Counted from the stretch's first letter, positions 49,083-59,832 are shown. The stretch: DNA of 64,000 bases from an uncultured bacterium (GCA_937861125.1 CALMAY010000038.1:27942-91941), one strand, 5' to 3'. The notes: a model not told the origin generated them from the sequence alone. Translations and numbers: made by a program.

Positions 49083-51017
49083 ATGCCAAAAGTATTAGGA
49101 ATTGACCTCGGAACAACAAACAGTTGTATGGCCATCATCGAGGGTGGTCAGCCAAAAGTCCTCGAAAACAAAGAAGGAGATCGTACAACACCAAGTATGA
49201 TTGCACAGAGTAAGACAGGTGAACGATTGGTCGGAAAACTCGCCAAACGTCAGGCAGTGACTAATCCAAAAAACACGCTTTACTCAGTCAAACGTCTCAT
49301 CGGTCGCCGTAGTGGTGACAAAGAGGTGACATACGTCAAGGAACATGCGCCATACGAAGTGGTCGCAGACGGTGATCGCGTCAAAGTCAAACTCGGTGAT
49401 GAGGCCAAGACTGCACCAGAAATTTCAGCCATGGTGTTGCAGAAACTCAAAGCTGATGCAGAAGAACGTTTGGGTGAAAAAATTACTCAGGCTGTTATTA
49501 CTGTGCCAGCGTACTTTGACGACTCACAGCGTCAGGCAACCAAAGATGCAGGTGCAATTGCAGGGCTCGAAGTGCTTCGTATTATCAACGAGCCAACTGC
49601 TGCAGCCTTTGCTTACGGATTTGACAAAACTGGTGAGCAAAAGATTTTGGTCTATGATCTAGGTGGTGGTACATTTGATGTCTCAGTGCTTGAAATCTCA
49701 CATGACAAAGAAACGAACCAATCAACGGTAGAAGTACTCGCCACAAATGGTGATACACACCTCGGAGGAGATGACTTTGATAAAGTCTTGATTCAATATA
49801 TCCTCGATACATTCAAAAAAGATGAAGGAGTAGATCTCAGTAAAGACCCACTCTCACTTCAGCGCATCAAAGAAGCTGCTGAGAAGGCAAAAATTGAGCT
49901 CTCAACAGCACAGGAAACTGAAATCAACGAACCATTTATCACATCAACTGCGGACGGTCCAAAACATCTCAACATCAAACTCTCTCGTGCAAAACTCGAA
50001 GAGTTGGTGATGGATTTGGTGGACAAGACGATGGTGCCAGTGAAAAAAGCACTTGAGGACTCAGGAGTAGACAAGGGTGCGATTAACGAAATCGTGATGG
50101 TCGGTGGTATGACTCGCATGCCACTCGTGCTCAAAAAAGTAGAAGAGTTCTTTGGTAAAAAACCAAACGTCAGTGTGAACCCAGATGAGGTGGTGGCAAT
50201 TGGTGCTGCAATTCAGGCTGGACAGCTCCAGGGTGATCTTGGTAAAGAAATTCTCTTGCTTGATGTCACACCACTTTCATTTGGTATTGAAACTATGGGT
50301 GGAGTATGTACCAAGATTATCGAGCGAAATACCACAATCCCAACAAGTAAATCACAAGTGTTTAGTACAGCAGCAGACAATCAGCCAAGTGTCGAGATCA
50401 AGGTGCTCCAGGGTGAGCGTCAGATGGCTGCGGACAACAAGATGCTTGGGGTATTTCACCTCGATGGTATCCCTATGGCGCCACGTGGCGTGCCACAGAT
50501 TGAAGTGACCTTTGATATCGATGCCAACGGTATTCTCAATGTAAAAGCAAAGGATAAAGGCACAAACAAAGAACAATCAATCCGTATCGAAGCATCATCA
50601 GGTCTCAGTAAAGAAGAGATTGAGCGTATGAAAAAAGATGCAGAGATGCATGCAGATGAGGACAAGAAAAAAGGTGAGCTGGTAGAAGCACGAAATATCG
50701 CTGACACGATGATCTATACATCTGAAAAAATGATGAAAGATATCGCTGAGAAAAACATTGCTATTACTGATGATGAGAAAAAAGCGGTCGAGGATGCTAT
50801 CACAAAGCTCAAAGAAGTGAAAGATAAAGATGATCTCGAAGCGATCAAGGCTGCGAGTGAGGTGCTCAGTAAAGCTGGCCAAGCAGTCGGACAAAAAATG
50901 TACGCTGCGGAGCAGGGAGCAAAGGGCGGTGATCAGGGTTCAGGAAATCAACCAAACGGTGACTCAAAAAATGAAGGTCCTGTTGAAGGGGAAGTGGTGG
51001 ATGATAAAAAAGAATAA
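49083..51017 (+). CDS. dnaK: chaperone DnaK (Hsp70)
   Basis: [27 protein letters not shown] and a full-length Hsp70 pattern. Confidence 0.97.
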   Translation: MPKVLGIDLGTTNSCMAIIEGGQPKVLENKEGDRTTPSMIAQSKTGERLVGKLAKRQAVTNPKNTLYSVKRLIGRRSGDKEVTYVKEHAPYEVVADGDRVKVKLGDEAKTAPEISAMVLQKLKADAEERLGEKITQAVITVPAYFDDSQRQATKDAGAIAGLEVLRIINEPTAAAFAYGFDKTGEQKILVYDLGGGTFDVSVLEISHDKETNQSTVEVLATNGDTHLGGDDFDKVLIQYILDTFKKDEGVDLSKDPLSLQRIKEAAEKAKIELSTAQETEINEPFITSTADGPKHLNIKLSRAKLEELVMDLVDKTMVPVKKALEDSGVDKGAINEIVMVGGMTRMPLVLKKVEEFFGKKPNVSVNPDEVVAIGAAIQAGQLQGDLGKEILLLDVTPLSFGIETMGGVCTKIIERNTTIPTSKSQVFSTAADNQPSVEIKVLQGERQMAADNKMLGVFHLDGIPMAPRGVPQIEVTFDIDANGILNVKAKDKGTNKEQSIRIEASSGLSKEEIERMKKDAEMHADEDKKKGELVEARNIADTMIYTSEKMMKDIAEKNIAITDDEKKAVEDAITKLKEVKDKDDLEAIKAASEVLSKAGQAVGQKMYAAEQGAKGGDQGSGNQPNGDSKNEGPVEGEVVDDKKE

Positions 51018-51035
51018 TAGTTTTCTCTACTTCAG

Positions 51036-51061
51036 CCTGTCTAAAGGAAACTTTGGACAGG
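51036..51061 (+). other. 11-bp hairpin with GAAA tetraloop after dnaK
   Basis: CCTGTCTAAAG-gaaa-CTTTGGACAGG with no U tract. Confidence 0.45.
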
Positions 51062-51101
51062 TGATTGTGAAGAGAATTAATTCTTGGTATACTAGTGTTA
51101 T

Positions 51102-51293
51102 ATGCGTGAACATTTTCATCTCTACAAACGAAATCATCGCCGTACTATTCTTGCTACTGGGATGTTTTTCTTATATTTCTTAACAATTGGTGTTGCTGGG
51201 TGGCTCGGTATGGACCCAAATGGGATTTGGATTATTGGCGGGTTGTTTGTGATTGTAACGTTGGTGATGGAGGCAATGTTTGAACACTATTAA
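51102..51293 (+). CDS. small 2-TM protein between dnaK and dnaJ
   Basis: 63-aa track ORF with two hydrophobic helices. An extended -10, TGgTATACT, lies at 51085-51093, only 8 nt before the ATG. Confidence 0.4.
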   Translation: MREHFHLYKRNHRRTILATGMFFLYFLTIGVAGWLGMDPNGIWIIGGLFVIVTLVMEAMFEHY

Positions 51294-51319
51294 TAGGTGC
51301 GGCGTTGTATTGATTCTTT

Positions 51320-52411
51320 ATGTCTAAAGACTATTACAAAATTCTTGGTGTTGAAAAAAATGCTTCAGCAGATGAGATAAAGAAATCCTTTCGTAAGCTC
51401 GCACATCAATATCATCCAGATAAACAAGGTGGTGATGAGACAAAATTCAAGGAGATCAACGAAGCATACCAAGTATTGAGCGATACAGACAAGCGTCAAA
51501 AATACGATCAGTTTGGCTCTGATTTTGAACAGCAGGGCGGTTTTGGTGGTGGTGCTGGGTGGGATGATTTTATGCGTGCGGCTCGCGGTGGCGGCGGATC
51601 TGGATTTAATTTTAACTTCGGTGGGGACATAGGGGATATTTTTGGTGATTTTTTTGGTGGTGGATCTCGTGGTGGCCGTCAAAAGCGTGGAAACGACATA
51701 CAAGTTGATGTAGAACTTTCATTTTCTGAGGCGGCATTTGGTATTGAGCGTGAGATACAGTTGACCAAAAATAATGCTTGTGATGTTTGTGAAGGAAGTG
51801 GAGCTGAACCCGGAGCAGGATTTGAGAATTGTGCTACGTGTGGTGGCCGAGGACAGACAGTACAGGTACAGCGAACTATTTTGGGTGCGATGCAGGTGGC
51901 TGTACAGTGTACTGATTGTCAGGGACAAGGAAAGCGACCAAAAAAGAAATGTAAGCATTGTGGTGGCGATGGAGTAGTACGCAGTGATACAAAACTTACT
52001 GTCAAAATTCCTGGTGGTATCGATGATGGTCAATCTATTCGTCTCTCTGGAAAAGGGGAGAGTATTGGTGCAAATGGGCAGGCTGGAGATCTCTATATCG
52101 TGGTGCATGTGAAATCGGACAAGCGATTTGAGCGTGATGGATTTGACGTCTATACCGAAACTCGGATACCATACCCACTGGCAGTGCTCGGTGGTGAGAC
52201 AGATGTGGAGACGCTCGATGGTACAAAGACGATCAAGATTCCAGAGGGAACACAGTCACACACACAGATTCGTCTGAGAGGCTATGGCACCAAGACGGTC
52301 AATCGTGAAGACCGAGGAGATCTGTTTGTCAAAGTGATTGTGGATGTGCCAAAAAAAATAAGTAAACAAGCAAAAAAATTACTTGATGAATTACGTCAGG
52401 AATTATCTTAA
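51320..52411 (+). CDS. dnaJ: co-chaperone DnaJ
   Basis: J domain with HPD (QYHPDK), G/F-rich linker and four CxxCxGxG zinc motifs. Confidence 0.95.
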   Translation: MSKDYYKILGVEKNASADEIKKSFRKLAHQYHPDKQGGDETKFKEINEAYQVLSDTDKRQKYDQFGSDFEQQGGFGGGAGWDDFMRAARGGGGSGFNFNFGGDIGDIFGDFFGGGSRGGRQKRGNDIQVDVELSFSEAAFGIEREIQLTKNNACDVCEGSGAEPGAGFENCATCGGRGQTVQVQRTILGAMQVAVQCTDCQGQGKRPKKKCKHCGGDGVVRSDTKLTVKIPGGIDDGQSIRLSGKGESIGANGQAGDLYIVVHVKSDKRFERDGFDVYTETRIPYPLAVLGGETDVETLDGTKTIKIPEGTQSHTQIRLRGYGTKTVNREDRGDLFVKVIVDVPKKISKQAKKLLDELRQELS

Positions 52412-52417
52412 AACACT

Positions 52418-52918
52418 ATGTGGTTTCCGCTTCCAGTAGGAAATACGACTATTCTCGTTGGGTTTGCGGTGTTATTGTTCCTTCATTTTTTGTTTGTCAG
52501 TAAATCGCGGTTGTTTATCGATATGGTGGCGGTATACGCAGCACTGTTGTTACTCTGGGTGTTGCCGTTGTTTGTTTCGTCTATTGCTACACTCTTTAGT
52601 ACACAACCATTCGCTCGTATTTTTTCCTTTTTTGCGATAGTCGCACTACTTCATATTGTGCTTTGGCATAGTAATTTGCGTGAGCCATCCACGCTTATTC
52701 GTCCATTTATGTTTGCGACGTCAGTGGTGTATCGGGTGAGTGTCGTTGGGCTGTTTGTTACCACTCTTGTCTATCTTTTGCCCGAAGCGTTTCGTGGAGT
52801 GATTTCTGGTTGGGTGGGGTTCATGTTCGCAAGTTATGCTGGCTTACTCATCTGGTTGTTACTGCCAGCGCTTCTAGCCTTTACCTATCGATTTCACGCC
52901 AAAAATGGCTGGTTCTAG
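52418..52918 (+). CDS. hypothetical 5-TM membrane protein
   Basis: Track ORF, hydrophobic throughout, starts 6 nt after dnaJ. Confidence 0.45.
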   Translation: MWFPLPVGNTTILVGFAVLLFLHFLFVSKSRLFIDMVAVYAALLLLWVLPLFVSSIATLFSTQPFARIFSFFAIVALLHIVLWHSNLREPSTLIRPFMFATSVVYRVSVVGLFVTTLVYLLPEAFRGVISGWVGFMFASYAGLLIWLLLPALLAFTYRFHAKNGWF

Positions 52919-52940
52919 TCCTCTCTTCAAGTATTATCTC

Positions 52941-52967
52941 AACACCCTGTAACAAACAGGGTGTTTT
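52941..52967 (+). terminator. terminator closing the chaperone block
   Basis: AACACCCTGT-aacaa-ACAGGGTGTTTT. Confidence 0.65.
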
Positions 52968-53020
52968 GACGTATAATACAGCATAAGACACTCAATGCAT
53001 TGCACTTCTTATCCCTACAT

Positions 53021-53569
53021 ATGATTCACACAAATACAGTACCGGCCCAAGACGCTTTGTTTCTCTCTTGGTATGACAGCTATGCGGCTGACATCTATCG
53101 GTACGTTATCCTTCGTATTGGCGTCAAAGAGGTGGCGGAGGACATTGTTAGCGAGATCTTTCTCTCAGCCTGGAAACATCGAGCACGGTACAATTCAGGC
53201 AAGGCAAGTGCGAAAACTTGGTTATTTACTATTGCCAAGAATGCGCTGATTGATCACTATCGCAAAACGAAACCACAGTCAGAGCTGTTTGAAAACATCA
53301 AAGACGGTACTGATTTGATGGAGACGATACACTGGAATCTGCTCTCAGATGAGATACAAGTAGCATTACAAAAATTAACTAAAGAACAACGTGAGATAGT
53401 AGAACTACGTGTGTGGCATGGATTTTCTCACGCAGAGATTGCTCAGCTTGTATCCAAAGATGAACGAGCGGTACGTGTGATGTTTCATCGATCTCTACAG
53501 TCGCTCAAAAAACATATTTCCCCACAGTCATATTTATCATTTCTCTTTTTCCCATTTTTATTTTCTTAA
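53021..53569 (+). CDS. ECF-type sigma-70 family factor
   Basis: Start trimmed to MIHTNT. Region 2 is DIVSEIFLSAWKH...WLFTIAKNALIDHYR; region 4 is REIVELRVWHGFSHAEIAQLV. Confidence 0.75.
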   Translation: MIHTNTVPAQDALFLSWYDSYAADIYRYVILRIGVKEVAEDIVSEIFLSAWKHRARYNSGKASAKTWLFTIAKNALIDHYRKTKPQSELFENIKDGTDLMETIHWNLLSDEIQVALQKLTKEQREIVELRVWHGFSHAEIAQLVSKDERAVRVMFHRSLQSLKKHISPQSYLSFLFFPFLFS

Positions 53570-53570
53570 T

Positions 53571-55127
53571 ATGAACAAACTTGATATTCAAAATATTGTC
53601 GAGGATATCCTTCGACTGGACCCGACACTCGTGTCCAAAAAAGCAGAACTAGAAAAACTTATTACTGCAATGCTTGCGCAAAAACCAAATATTACTGTAG
53701 ATGATGCATTCCTCTCACGTCTGCGCAGTCGTCTGGTGGATCAGATCGAAGAATCTCAGTCAAAATCATTTTCATTTGGTCAATTATTTGTCTCACATAA
53801 ACTGGTATTTGCTGGAGCACTTGGGTGTTTGACTGTGGGGATTGTGTCGGCGTCATTATTGTACTCGCCAACACAACATATAAGAATTGCGTCAGTGAAT
53901 GGATTTGGATCGTTGGTAACATCTCCTGCTACAGGAGAAACAGTCACAGCATTATCTGCTAGTGCGCCCACCTCTTTTTCTGCGAGTGACACGAGTGTTG
54001 GGATGGTGGCGCCAGCAGTATCTCGAGCACAATCAGGTGGGGGAGCGGATAATGCCTCAAAAATGATGATATATCCACCAATTGATGGTGAATATGGTCA
54101 GTATTCCTTTGTGTTGCGCGGTGACGTTGCTGTTCCGCCAGAACAAATGGATGTCTATGGGTATCTGCTATCAAATGAGGTAAATCGTATTGTTGATAAG
54201 GCAATGTCAGGATTGTGGGGTGTTGTGTTTACTGAGCGGAGTGTTGATGTGCGAGGACAGAGTTTGGGTGGAACTATCTCAGTTGATTCCGGTTCATATA
54301 TAGTGTCTGTGGATGCACAACGGGGTGTTTTGTATCTTTCACGATTTGAACCGTACACACCTACCGACATTCAATGTTTTCGTGCGCCTTGTGGTGTATA
54401 CCAACCACTTGAAAAGAAAGATATACCAGCAGACGATACTATCATCGGTTGGGCACAATCTTTTGTTGATGAGTTAGGTATTGATGTGTCATCTTTTGGA
54501 GAACCAAAACTTATTCCTCCAGTAATGTATATGATTATGAATGAATCTGGTACATCTGTAGAATCATTTGGAGAGATGGTTGATGTTATATATCCGCTTG
54601 TATTGGATGACATTATGACAGTAGATTCTTCTGGTGTTTCAAATGTTGGCTTGCGTATTTCTATTAATCTTCGTACACAACAGGTACAAAGTATTTCTGA
54701 ATTACCATTAGGTGACCTCGGTTCTTCTACATATACTCTTGTTACTGATGTTGAACGTATTACACAGGTAGCAGAATTGGGTGGGCAGTATGGTATGTGG
54801 GGTATTAAAACAAAAGAGGCAATTGGATTGGGTGCACCAACACTTGTATATACCTCAATTTGGAAACAAGATAAAAATATACCTGAAGGACGTTCATTGT
54901 TGGTACCAGCGTATCGTTTTGATATTGTATACCCAGATGAAATTCGTGATACGCAATTTATGCAGCAGGCGATTGTTATTCCGTTAGAAAAAGAACTGTT
55001 TGAGCAAGCGGAACGTGATGCGCTCAGTCGTCACAATCAAGGTGAGTATCCGGTCCCGATGCCATTTATCAAGACAATGGAAGCTGGGAGTACTGGTGCT
55101 GAAATACTCGTCGATCCTGCTCAATAA
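53571..55127 (+). CDS. candidate anti-sigma factor: short cytoplasmic N-terminus, one TM helix, large extracytoplasmic domain
   Basis: Starts 1 nt after the sigma-factor stop. Single TM helix LVFAGALGCLTVGIVSASLL. No catalytic motif recognised. Confidence 0.4.
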   Translation: MNKLDIQNIVEDILRLDPTLVSKKAELEKLITAMLAQKPNITVDDAFLSRLRSRLVDQIEESQSKSFSFGQLFVSHKLVFAGALGCLTVGIVSASLLYSPTQHIRIASVNGFGSLVTSPATGETVTALSASAPTSFSASDTSVGMVAPAVSRAQSGGGADNASKMMIYPPIDGEYGQYSFVLRGDVAVPPEQMDVYGYLLSNEVNRIVDKAMSGLWGVVFTERSVDVRGQSLGGTISVDSGSYIVSVDAQRGVLYLSRFEPYTPTDIQCFRAPCGVYQPLEKKDIPADDTIIGWAQSFVDELGIDVSSFGEPKLIPPVMYMIMNESGTSVESFGEMVDVIYPLVLDDIMTVDSSGVSNVGLRISINLRTQQVQSISELPLGDLGSSTYTLVTDVERITQVAELGGQYGMWGIKTKEAIGLGAPTLVYTSIWKQDKNIPEGRSLLVPAYRFDIVYPDEIRDTQFMQQAIVIPLEKELFEQAERDALSRHNQGEYPVPMPFIKTMEAGSTGAEILVDPAQ

Positions 55128-55146
55128 CCTACACCATGTCGTGGAT

Positions 55147-55176
55147 AAAAAACCCGCTTATGTAAGCGGGTTTTTT
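55147..55176. terminator. bidirectional terminator
   Basis: AAAAAACCCGCTTA-tg-TAAGCGGGTTTTTT. It overlaps the last codons of the minus-strand CDS. Confidence 0.7.
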
Positions 55177-55853
55177 GTATTTTGATGTTCTTGTATTTGT
55201 TTGTGTTCCATGTCCATTTGCCAGAGTTCTTTGCTGGTTTTGGATATGACAATGAGTATGCCGATAAGTGAAAAAACAAGGAGATAAGGGAGACTAAATG
55301 CGAGATGTGTTTTGCCAAAGAAAATAAGAAGTGTATTGATCATGATAAATAGCAGGCGAATCTCTGTCGGACCAATACCGAGATAGGTAATTTGAAATCT
55401 ATTTGTGGCAGCAAAACTTAAATAAGAGTTGATCATAAAGCCACTAAAAATAGCGAGGACAAATAACATAAGGATGTTAAACGATGGTGGGAGGATGAGT
55501 GTGTATCCAATGATGATTGCACAGAGAAAAAAGTAATCAAGGAGATGATCCATGTAGTATCCCCACTTGACCAGTCCAGTGTTGCGAGATCTTCCTACTG
55601 CTCCGTCAAGTGAGTCAGTGAGCCACTGTAAAAAGATACAAAAAGAAACGAGCCAGAGCCAGTTGATATTGGTATTAGCAAAATAACTTGCAACGATAAT
55701 GCCGAGTGACCAGACGATAGTGGAGTAGGTGAGTTGAGACGTGCTGATCCAGAGTGGTACTTTTGGTACCGCAAAACGGATGAATGCTTGTTCTGGTTTG
55801 TGGAGTATAGATGTACCAAATTTTTTGTCTCCAGCGAACGGTTGTGTGGACAT
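55158..55853 (-). CDS. CDP-alcohol phosphatidyltransferase family protein
   Basis: DSLDGAVGRSRNTGLVKWGYYMDHLLD fits D-G-x2-A-R-x8-G-x3-D-x3-D. ATG 55853 preferred over TTG 55868. Confidence 0.7.
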   Translation of the reverse strand: MSTQPFAGDKKFGTSILHKPEQAFIRFAVPKVPLWISTSQLTYSTIVWSLGIIVASYFANTNINWLWLVSFCIFLQWLTDSLDGAVGRSRNTGLVKWGYYMDHLLDYFFLCAIIIGYTLILPPSFNILMLFVLAIFSGFMINSYLSFAATNRFQITYLGIGPTEIRLLFIMINTLLIFFGKTHLAFSLPYLLVFSLIGILIVISKTSKELWQMDMEHKQIQEHQNTKNPLT

Positions 55854-55854
55854 A

Positions 55855-56259
55855 CTATTGTTGATCAAGAACTTTATTTACCTCAGCATCGGCTTCTTTG
55901 TTGAGCTCACGAGGGATATGTTGGAGAGAGTAGCTTTTGGGGAATGTTTGGAGGAGTTTGTATACCTCTAGTACGAGTGGTTGGAGGCTTGGTTCTTTTA
56001 CCTTCCATCGACCCGATACTTGTTCAATGACGAGTTTACTATCTGCTTTACAGATGATTTTTTCTGCGCCCAACTCTTTGGCTTTTTTGAGTCCTGAGAT
56101 GAGCGCACTATATTCAGCAAAGTTGTTGGTTTGTTCGCCGAGATATTCGCCATAGTTCGCGATTGTTTCATTCGTTTCGTTTTTAATAACAATGCCGGTG
56201 GCGGCTGGACCTGGGTTACCACGGGCACCGCCGTCGGTGTAGAGGGTAAATGTGGACAT
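55855..56259 (-). CDS. rnhA: ribonuclease HI
   Basis: Start trimmed to MSTFTLYTDGGARGNPGPAATGIVI. Also NNFAEYSALI and a late D (NKEADAEVN). Confidence 0.8.
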   Translation of the reverse strand: MSTFTLYTDGGARGNPGPAATGIVIKNETNETIANYGEYLGEQTNNFAEYSALISGLKKAKELGAEKIICKADSKLVIEQVSGRWKVKEPSLQPLVLEVYKLLQTFPKSYSLQHIPRELNKEADAEVNKVLDQQ

Positions 56260-56260
56260 A

Positions 56261-58039
56261 TTATTCGTGTTTGCGTAAATCAACAATAGTGAGCTGTAAC
56301 TCCCGATTTCCATTCCACTCATTGATGTCTACCTCAAAGACAAGATCAACTAAATCGCCACTCCCGACCTGTTTGGTCCAATCAATTGAATCAGGATTTT
56401 TGTCACTACCACAGAGTCCCCAGCCAATTGTTTTGTGAATCTTTGGGGAGTTGTGTTTGACCATCATGGAGAGATGATGTGAGCCGTTGCCGACACATTT
56501 CATGGTGTGGACTGTCACACCTCTGGCCAAGTATTTTGGTTTCTCGTTACATTGTCCAAACGGTTTGAATTTATCAAGTACGTCGTAGAGATCCCAATTG
56601 ACGTCAGTGAGTGAGAGTTCTGCGTCGATCATGAGGGTTGGTTCTACTGAGATACCTTCTGTTTTTTTGTAGTAGGCTTCGATAAAGGCTTTTTTCATCT
56701 CTTCATATTTTTCTTCGCTCGCCAGAGTAAATCCACACGCCTGAGGATGTCCACCAAATTTGAGGAAGTACTGTGGCATTTCTTGGAGCGTGGCGATCAT
56801 GTTGAAGATATCGATACTGCGTCCAGAGCCGACGATAAAACCGTCGTTGTGTGTGAGCGCAAAAACTGGTTTTTGATATTTTTCTTTGAGTTTGCTCGCG
56901 ATGAGTCCGACGATACCAGCGGACCATGAGTATCCTTTGACAAAAAGTACTGGTGCGTCTTTTTGGTCTTTTTCTACTTGCTCACAGGCTTCTTTGACGT
57001 ACTGTTCTGTCAATTTTTGACGATCAATGTTGTTATTGTTGAGTTCAAATGCAAGATCAGTTGCCTCAATCGGACTCTTAGTAAAGAGGAGATTGTAGGC
57101 AACGTTTGCGTGATTCATGCGACCAGCCGCATTGAGGCGTGGTGCGATTTGAAAGCTGATCGTCGTCGTATCAAATTCTTTTTTCTTACTCCCATCATCA
57201 GCAATGAGTTTTGCTTCTGCGAGTAGTTTTTGTAATCCGACATGACGTGTCTTGTTGAGTACGAGTAAGCCGTATTTGGTGAGGGTACGACTCTCGCCAA
57301 GTAGCGGAACCATGTCAGATACACTCGCAATTGCAACGAGATCAATCAACCATTTTTCAAATGTATCGTGTGTTTCGCCATTTGGGAGTGTACTGTGTGT
57401 TTCTTTGTGTTTTTTGAACATCCCTTGCAGGAGTTTGAAAGCAACGCCCGCGCCACAGAGTCCGTCATCTGGATATGTTTCTCCTTCGCGTTTGGGGTGG
57501 ATGATGGCGACTGCTGGTGGGAGGGTTGCAGGAAGTGCATGGTGATCTGTAACGATCACATCAACACCAAGCGTGTTTGCTAAGGTAATTTCCTCGACAT
57601 TACTGACACCACAGTCGCACGTGATGATGAGTTTTGTTCCTTCGTTTGCGAGAAGTTGAACATTTTTTTTGTTGAGTCCGTATCCATCTGTTTCACGGTG
57701 AGGGAGAAAGACAGATGCATTGGTATGTCCGAGTGCATAAAGCATCTCCATCAAAATTGTCGCAGCGCAGACACCATCTGCATCGTAGTCACCGTGAATG
57801 GTGATTTTTTCATTTTGTTCGATGGCGCGATTGATTCGGTCAATCGCTTTTTGCATGTCCAAAAAGAGATATGGGTCAAAGATATCTTGGGTGTAATCAG
57901 GATTGAGAAACTCATCAATTTTTTCTGCATCAGTTACACCGCGGTGGTACAACAAATTCGCCACAATTGGTGGAAGTTCTGGGTGTTGCTCCAGAAATGA
58001 TTGTGGGGGTGTTTCACGGACGATCCATTTTTTTTGCAT
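56261..58039 (-). CDS. recJ: single-stranded-DNA-specific exonuclease RecJ
   Basis: IHGDYDADGVCA, DHH (VTDHH) and GGHPQACG motifs. Confidence 0.9.
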   Translation of the reverse strand: MQKKWIVRETPPQSFLEQHPELPPIVANLLYHRGVTDAEKIDEFLNPDYTQDIFDPYLFLDMQKAIDRINRAIEQNEKITIHGDYDADGVCAATILMEMLYALGHTNASVFLPHRETDGYGLNKKNVQLLANEGTKLIITCDCGVSNVEEITLANTLGVDVIVTDHHALPATLPPAVAIIHPKREGETYPDDGLCGAGVAFKLLQGMFKKHKETHSTLPNGETHDTFEKWLIDLVAIASVSDMVPLLGESRTLTKYGLLVLNKTRHVGLQKLLAEAKLIADDGSKKKEFDTTTISFQIAPRLNAAGRMNHANVAYNLLFTKSPIEATDLAFELNNNNIDRQKLTEQYVKEACEQVEKDQKDAPVLFVKGYSWSAGIVGLIASKLKEKYQKPVFALTHNDGFIVGSGRSIDIFNMIATLQEMPQYFLKFGGHPQACGFTLASEEKYEEMKKAFIEAYYKKTEGISVEPTLMIDAELSLTDVNWDLYDVLDKFKPFGQCNEKPKYLARGVTVHTMKCVGNGSHHLSMMVKHNSPKIHKTIGWGLCGSDKNPDSIDWTKQVGSGDLVDLVFEVDINEWNGNRELQLTIVDLRKHE

Positions 58040-58047
58040 ACACGCTA

Positions 58048-59832
58048 TTATCGTTTCAATACAGCTAAATATGCCTCTGTTGGGATTTCTACTTTTCCAC
58101 GACCCAACTCTTTCATTTTCTTCTTTCCTTTCTTTTGTTTGTCGAGCAATTTATTCTTTCGTGTCACATCTCCACCGTATAATTTCGCGATCACATCTTT
58201 ACGAAGCGCTGAGAGACGTTCACCTGCAATAACTTTACCACCGATTGCTGCTTGAATCTTGAGTTCAAACTGTTGGCGAGGCATGCTCTCTTTGAGAGAT
58301 TCGACAATTTTTTTGCCCACTGTATGTGCGTCGTCACGCCAGACGAGACAGGCGAGTGCTTCCTCGACTTCTTCGGCAATCATAATATCGAGCTTCACCA
58401 CGTCGGTCTTGCGATATTCTTTGAACTCGTAGTTGAGTGAGGCGTACCCACTCGTCACAGTCTTGAGTTTGTCGTAGAAATCAGTAATTAAAGAGGCGAG
58501 TGGAATCTCATATCGTAAAATGGCGCGTTTACCAGCGCCCATACTGAGATATTCGGTTGTTTGGTAGTTTCCTTTTCGTTCTGCTACGAGTGACATGACA
58601 TTACCGATGTAGTCTTCTGGAGTAATAATTTCAGCGACCATCCACGGCTCTTCGATGCGTTCTATTTTTTGTACCTCTGGGAGATCTTGTGGACTTTTGA
58701 TGATGAGATCAGTTCCGTTGGTTTGAAAAATATGGTAGGCAACAGAGGGGATAGTAGCGACAATATCAATATCAAATTCACGACGTAAGCGTTCCTGGAA
58801 AATATCGAGATGTAACATACCAAGGAATCCGCAGCGGAATCCAAAACCAAGCGCCTGTGAGTGTTCTGGCTCATATTGCAATGCTGAGTCAGAAAGCTTT
58901 AGCTTATCAATAGCATCTCGCATCGCATTGTAGTTGTCTCCCTCGTTTGGAAAGATACCAGCGAACACCATCGGACGGACTTCTTTATATCCATCGAGTG
59001 CGTGTGGACTTGGTGTTTTTTGGAGCGTAATTGTATCACCGACACGAACATTTCCCAGTTCTTTGAGTCCCGTAACGACGTACCCAATATGTCCGTCAGT
59101 TAGCTCTGCTTCAGAAACAAGTTTGGGTGTGTAGCGTCCCACTTCTAGTATTTCGGCAGTAGCACCAGTACGCATAAAAAGGATTTTGTCAGCTTTTTTG
59201 AGCGTGCCACCTTTCATGCGGACTGAAGCAATCACACCGCGATAATCATCGTAGAACGAATCAAAGATGAGGCCTTGGACATTTTCTACTCCTTCACTTG
59301 GTGCTGGTACGCGAGCAATGATGGCATCCAGAAGCTCTGGTACACCCTGTCCAGTTTTGCCAGATGTGTGCAAGATGTCTTTTGGGTCGCATCCGAGCAA
59401 GTGAACAATTTCTGCAGTTGTTTTTTCGAGATCTGAATTTGGTAGGTCAATTTTATTGAGTACAGGAATAATTGTCAGTCCCTGATCAATCGCAAGATAG
59501 AGGTTGGCAATGGTTTGTGCCTGTACACCCTGTGTTGAGTCAACGAGTAAAATAGCACCCTCTACCGCAGCCAAAGAGCGAGAGACTTCGTAGGTAAAGT
59601 CCACGTGGCCGGGGGTATCGATGAGGTTCAGTGCAAAACCTTTGTATTGCATACGGGCCGGCTGGAGTTTGATCGTAATACCTCTCTCTTTTTCGAGCTC
59701 CATGGTATCGAGCATCTGGTCCTGCATGTTGCGCTTATCAATGGTGCCGGTAATCTCAAGAAACCGATCCGCGAGGGTCGATTTGCCATGATCGATATGT
59801 GCTATGATACAAAAATTTCTTATGTTATTCAT
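58048..59832 (-). CDS. lepA: elongation factor 4 (LepA)
   Basis: IRNFCIIAHIDHGKSTLADR, LIDTPGHVDF, NKIDL and the LepA-specific C-terminus. Confidence 0.95.
   Translation of the reverse strand: MNNIRNFCIIAHIDHGKSTLADRFLEITGTIDKRNMQDQMLDTMELEKERGITIKLQPARMQYKGFALNLIDTPGHVDFTYEVSRSLAAVEGAILLVDSTQGVQAQTIANLYLAIDQGLTIIPVLNKIDLPNSDLEKTTAEIVHLLGCDPKDILHTSGKTGQGVPELLDAIIARVPAPSEGVENVQGLIFDSFYDDYRGVIASVRMKGGTLKKADKILFMRTGATAEILEVGRYTPKLVSEAELTDGHIGYVVTGLKELGNVRVGDTITLQKTPSPHALDGYKEVRPMVFAGIFPNEGDNYNAMRDAIDKLKLSDSALQYEPEHSQALGFGFRCGFLGMLHLDIFQERLRREFDIDIVATIPSVAYHIFQTNGTDLIIKSPQDLPEVQKIERIEEPWMVAEIITPEDYIGNVMSLVAERKGNYQTTEYLSMGAGKRAILRYEIPLASLITDFYDKLKTVTSGYASLNYEFKEYRKTDVVKLDIMIAEEVEEALACLVWRDDAHTVGKKIVESLKESMPRQQFELKIQAAIGGKVIAGERLSALRKDVIAKLYGGDVTRKNKLLDKQKKGKKKMKELGRGKVEIPTEAYLAVLKR

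Noticed and set aside
48083-51319. Additional CIRCE operators upstream of hsp20, dnaK or dnaJ
   Set aside because: I read these gaps on both strands and found no TTAGCACTC-N9-GAGTGCTAA-like inverted repeat. Only the hrcA site qualifies.
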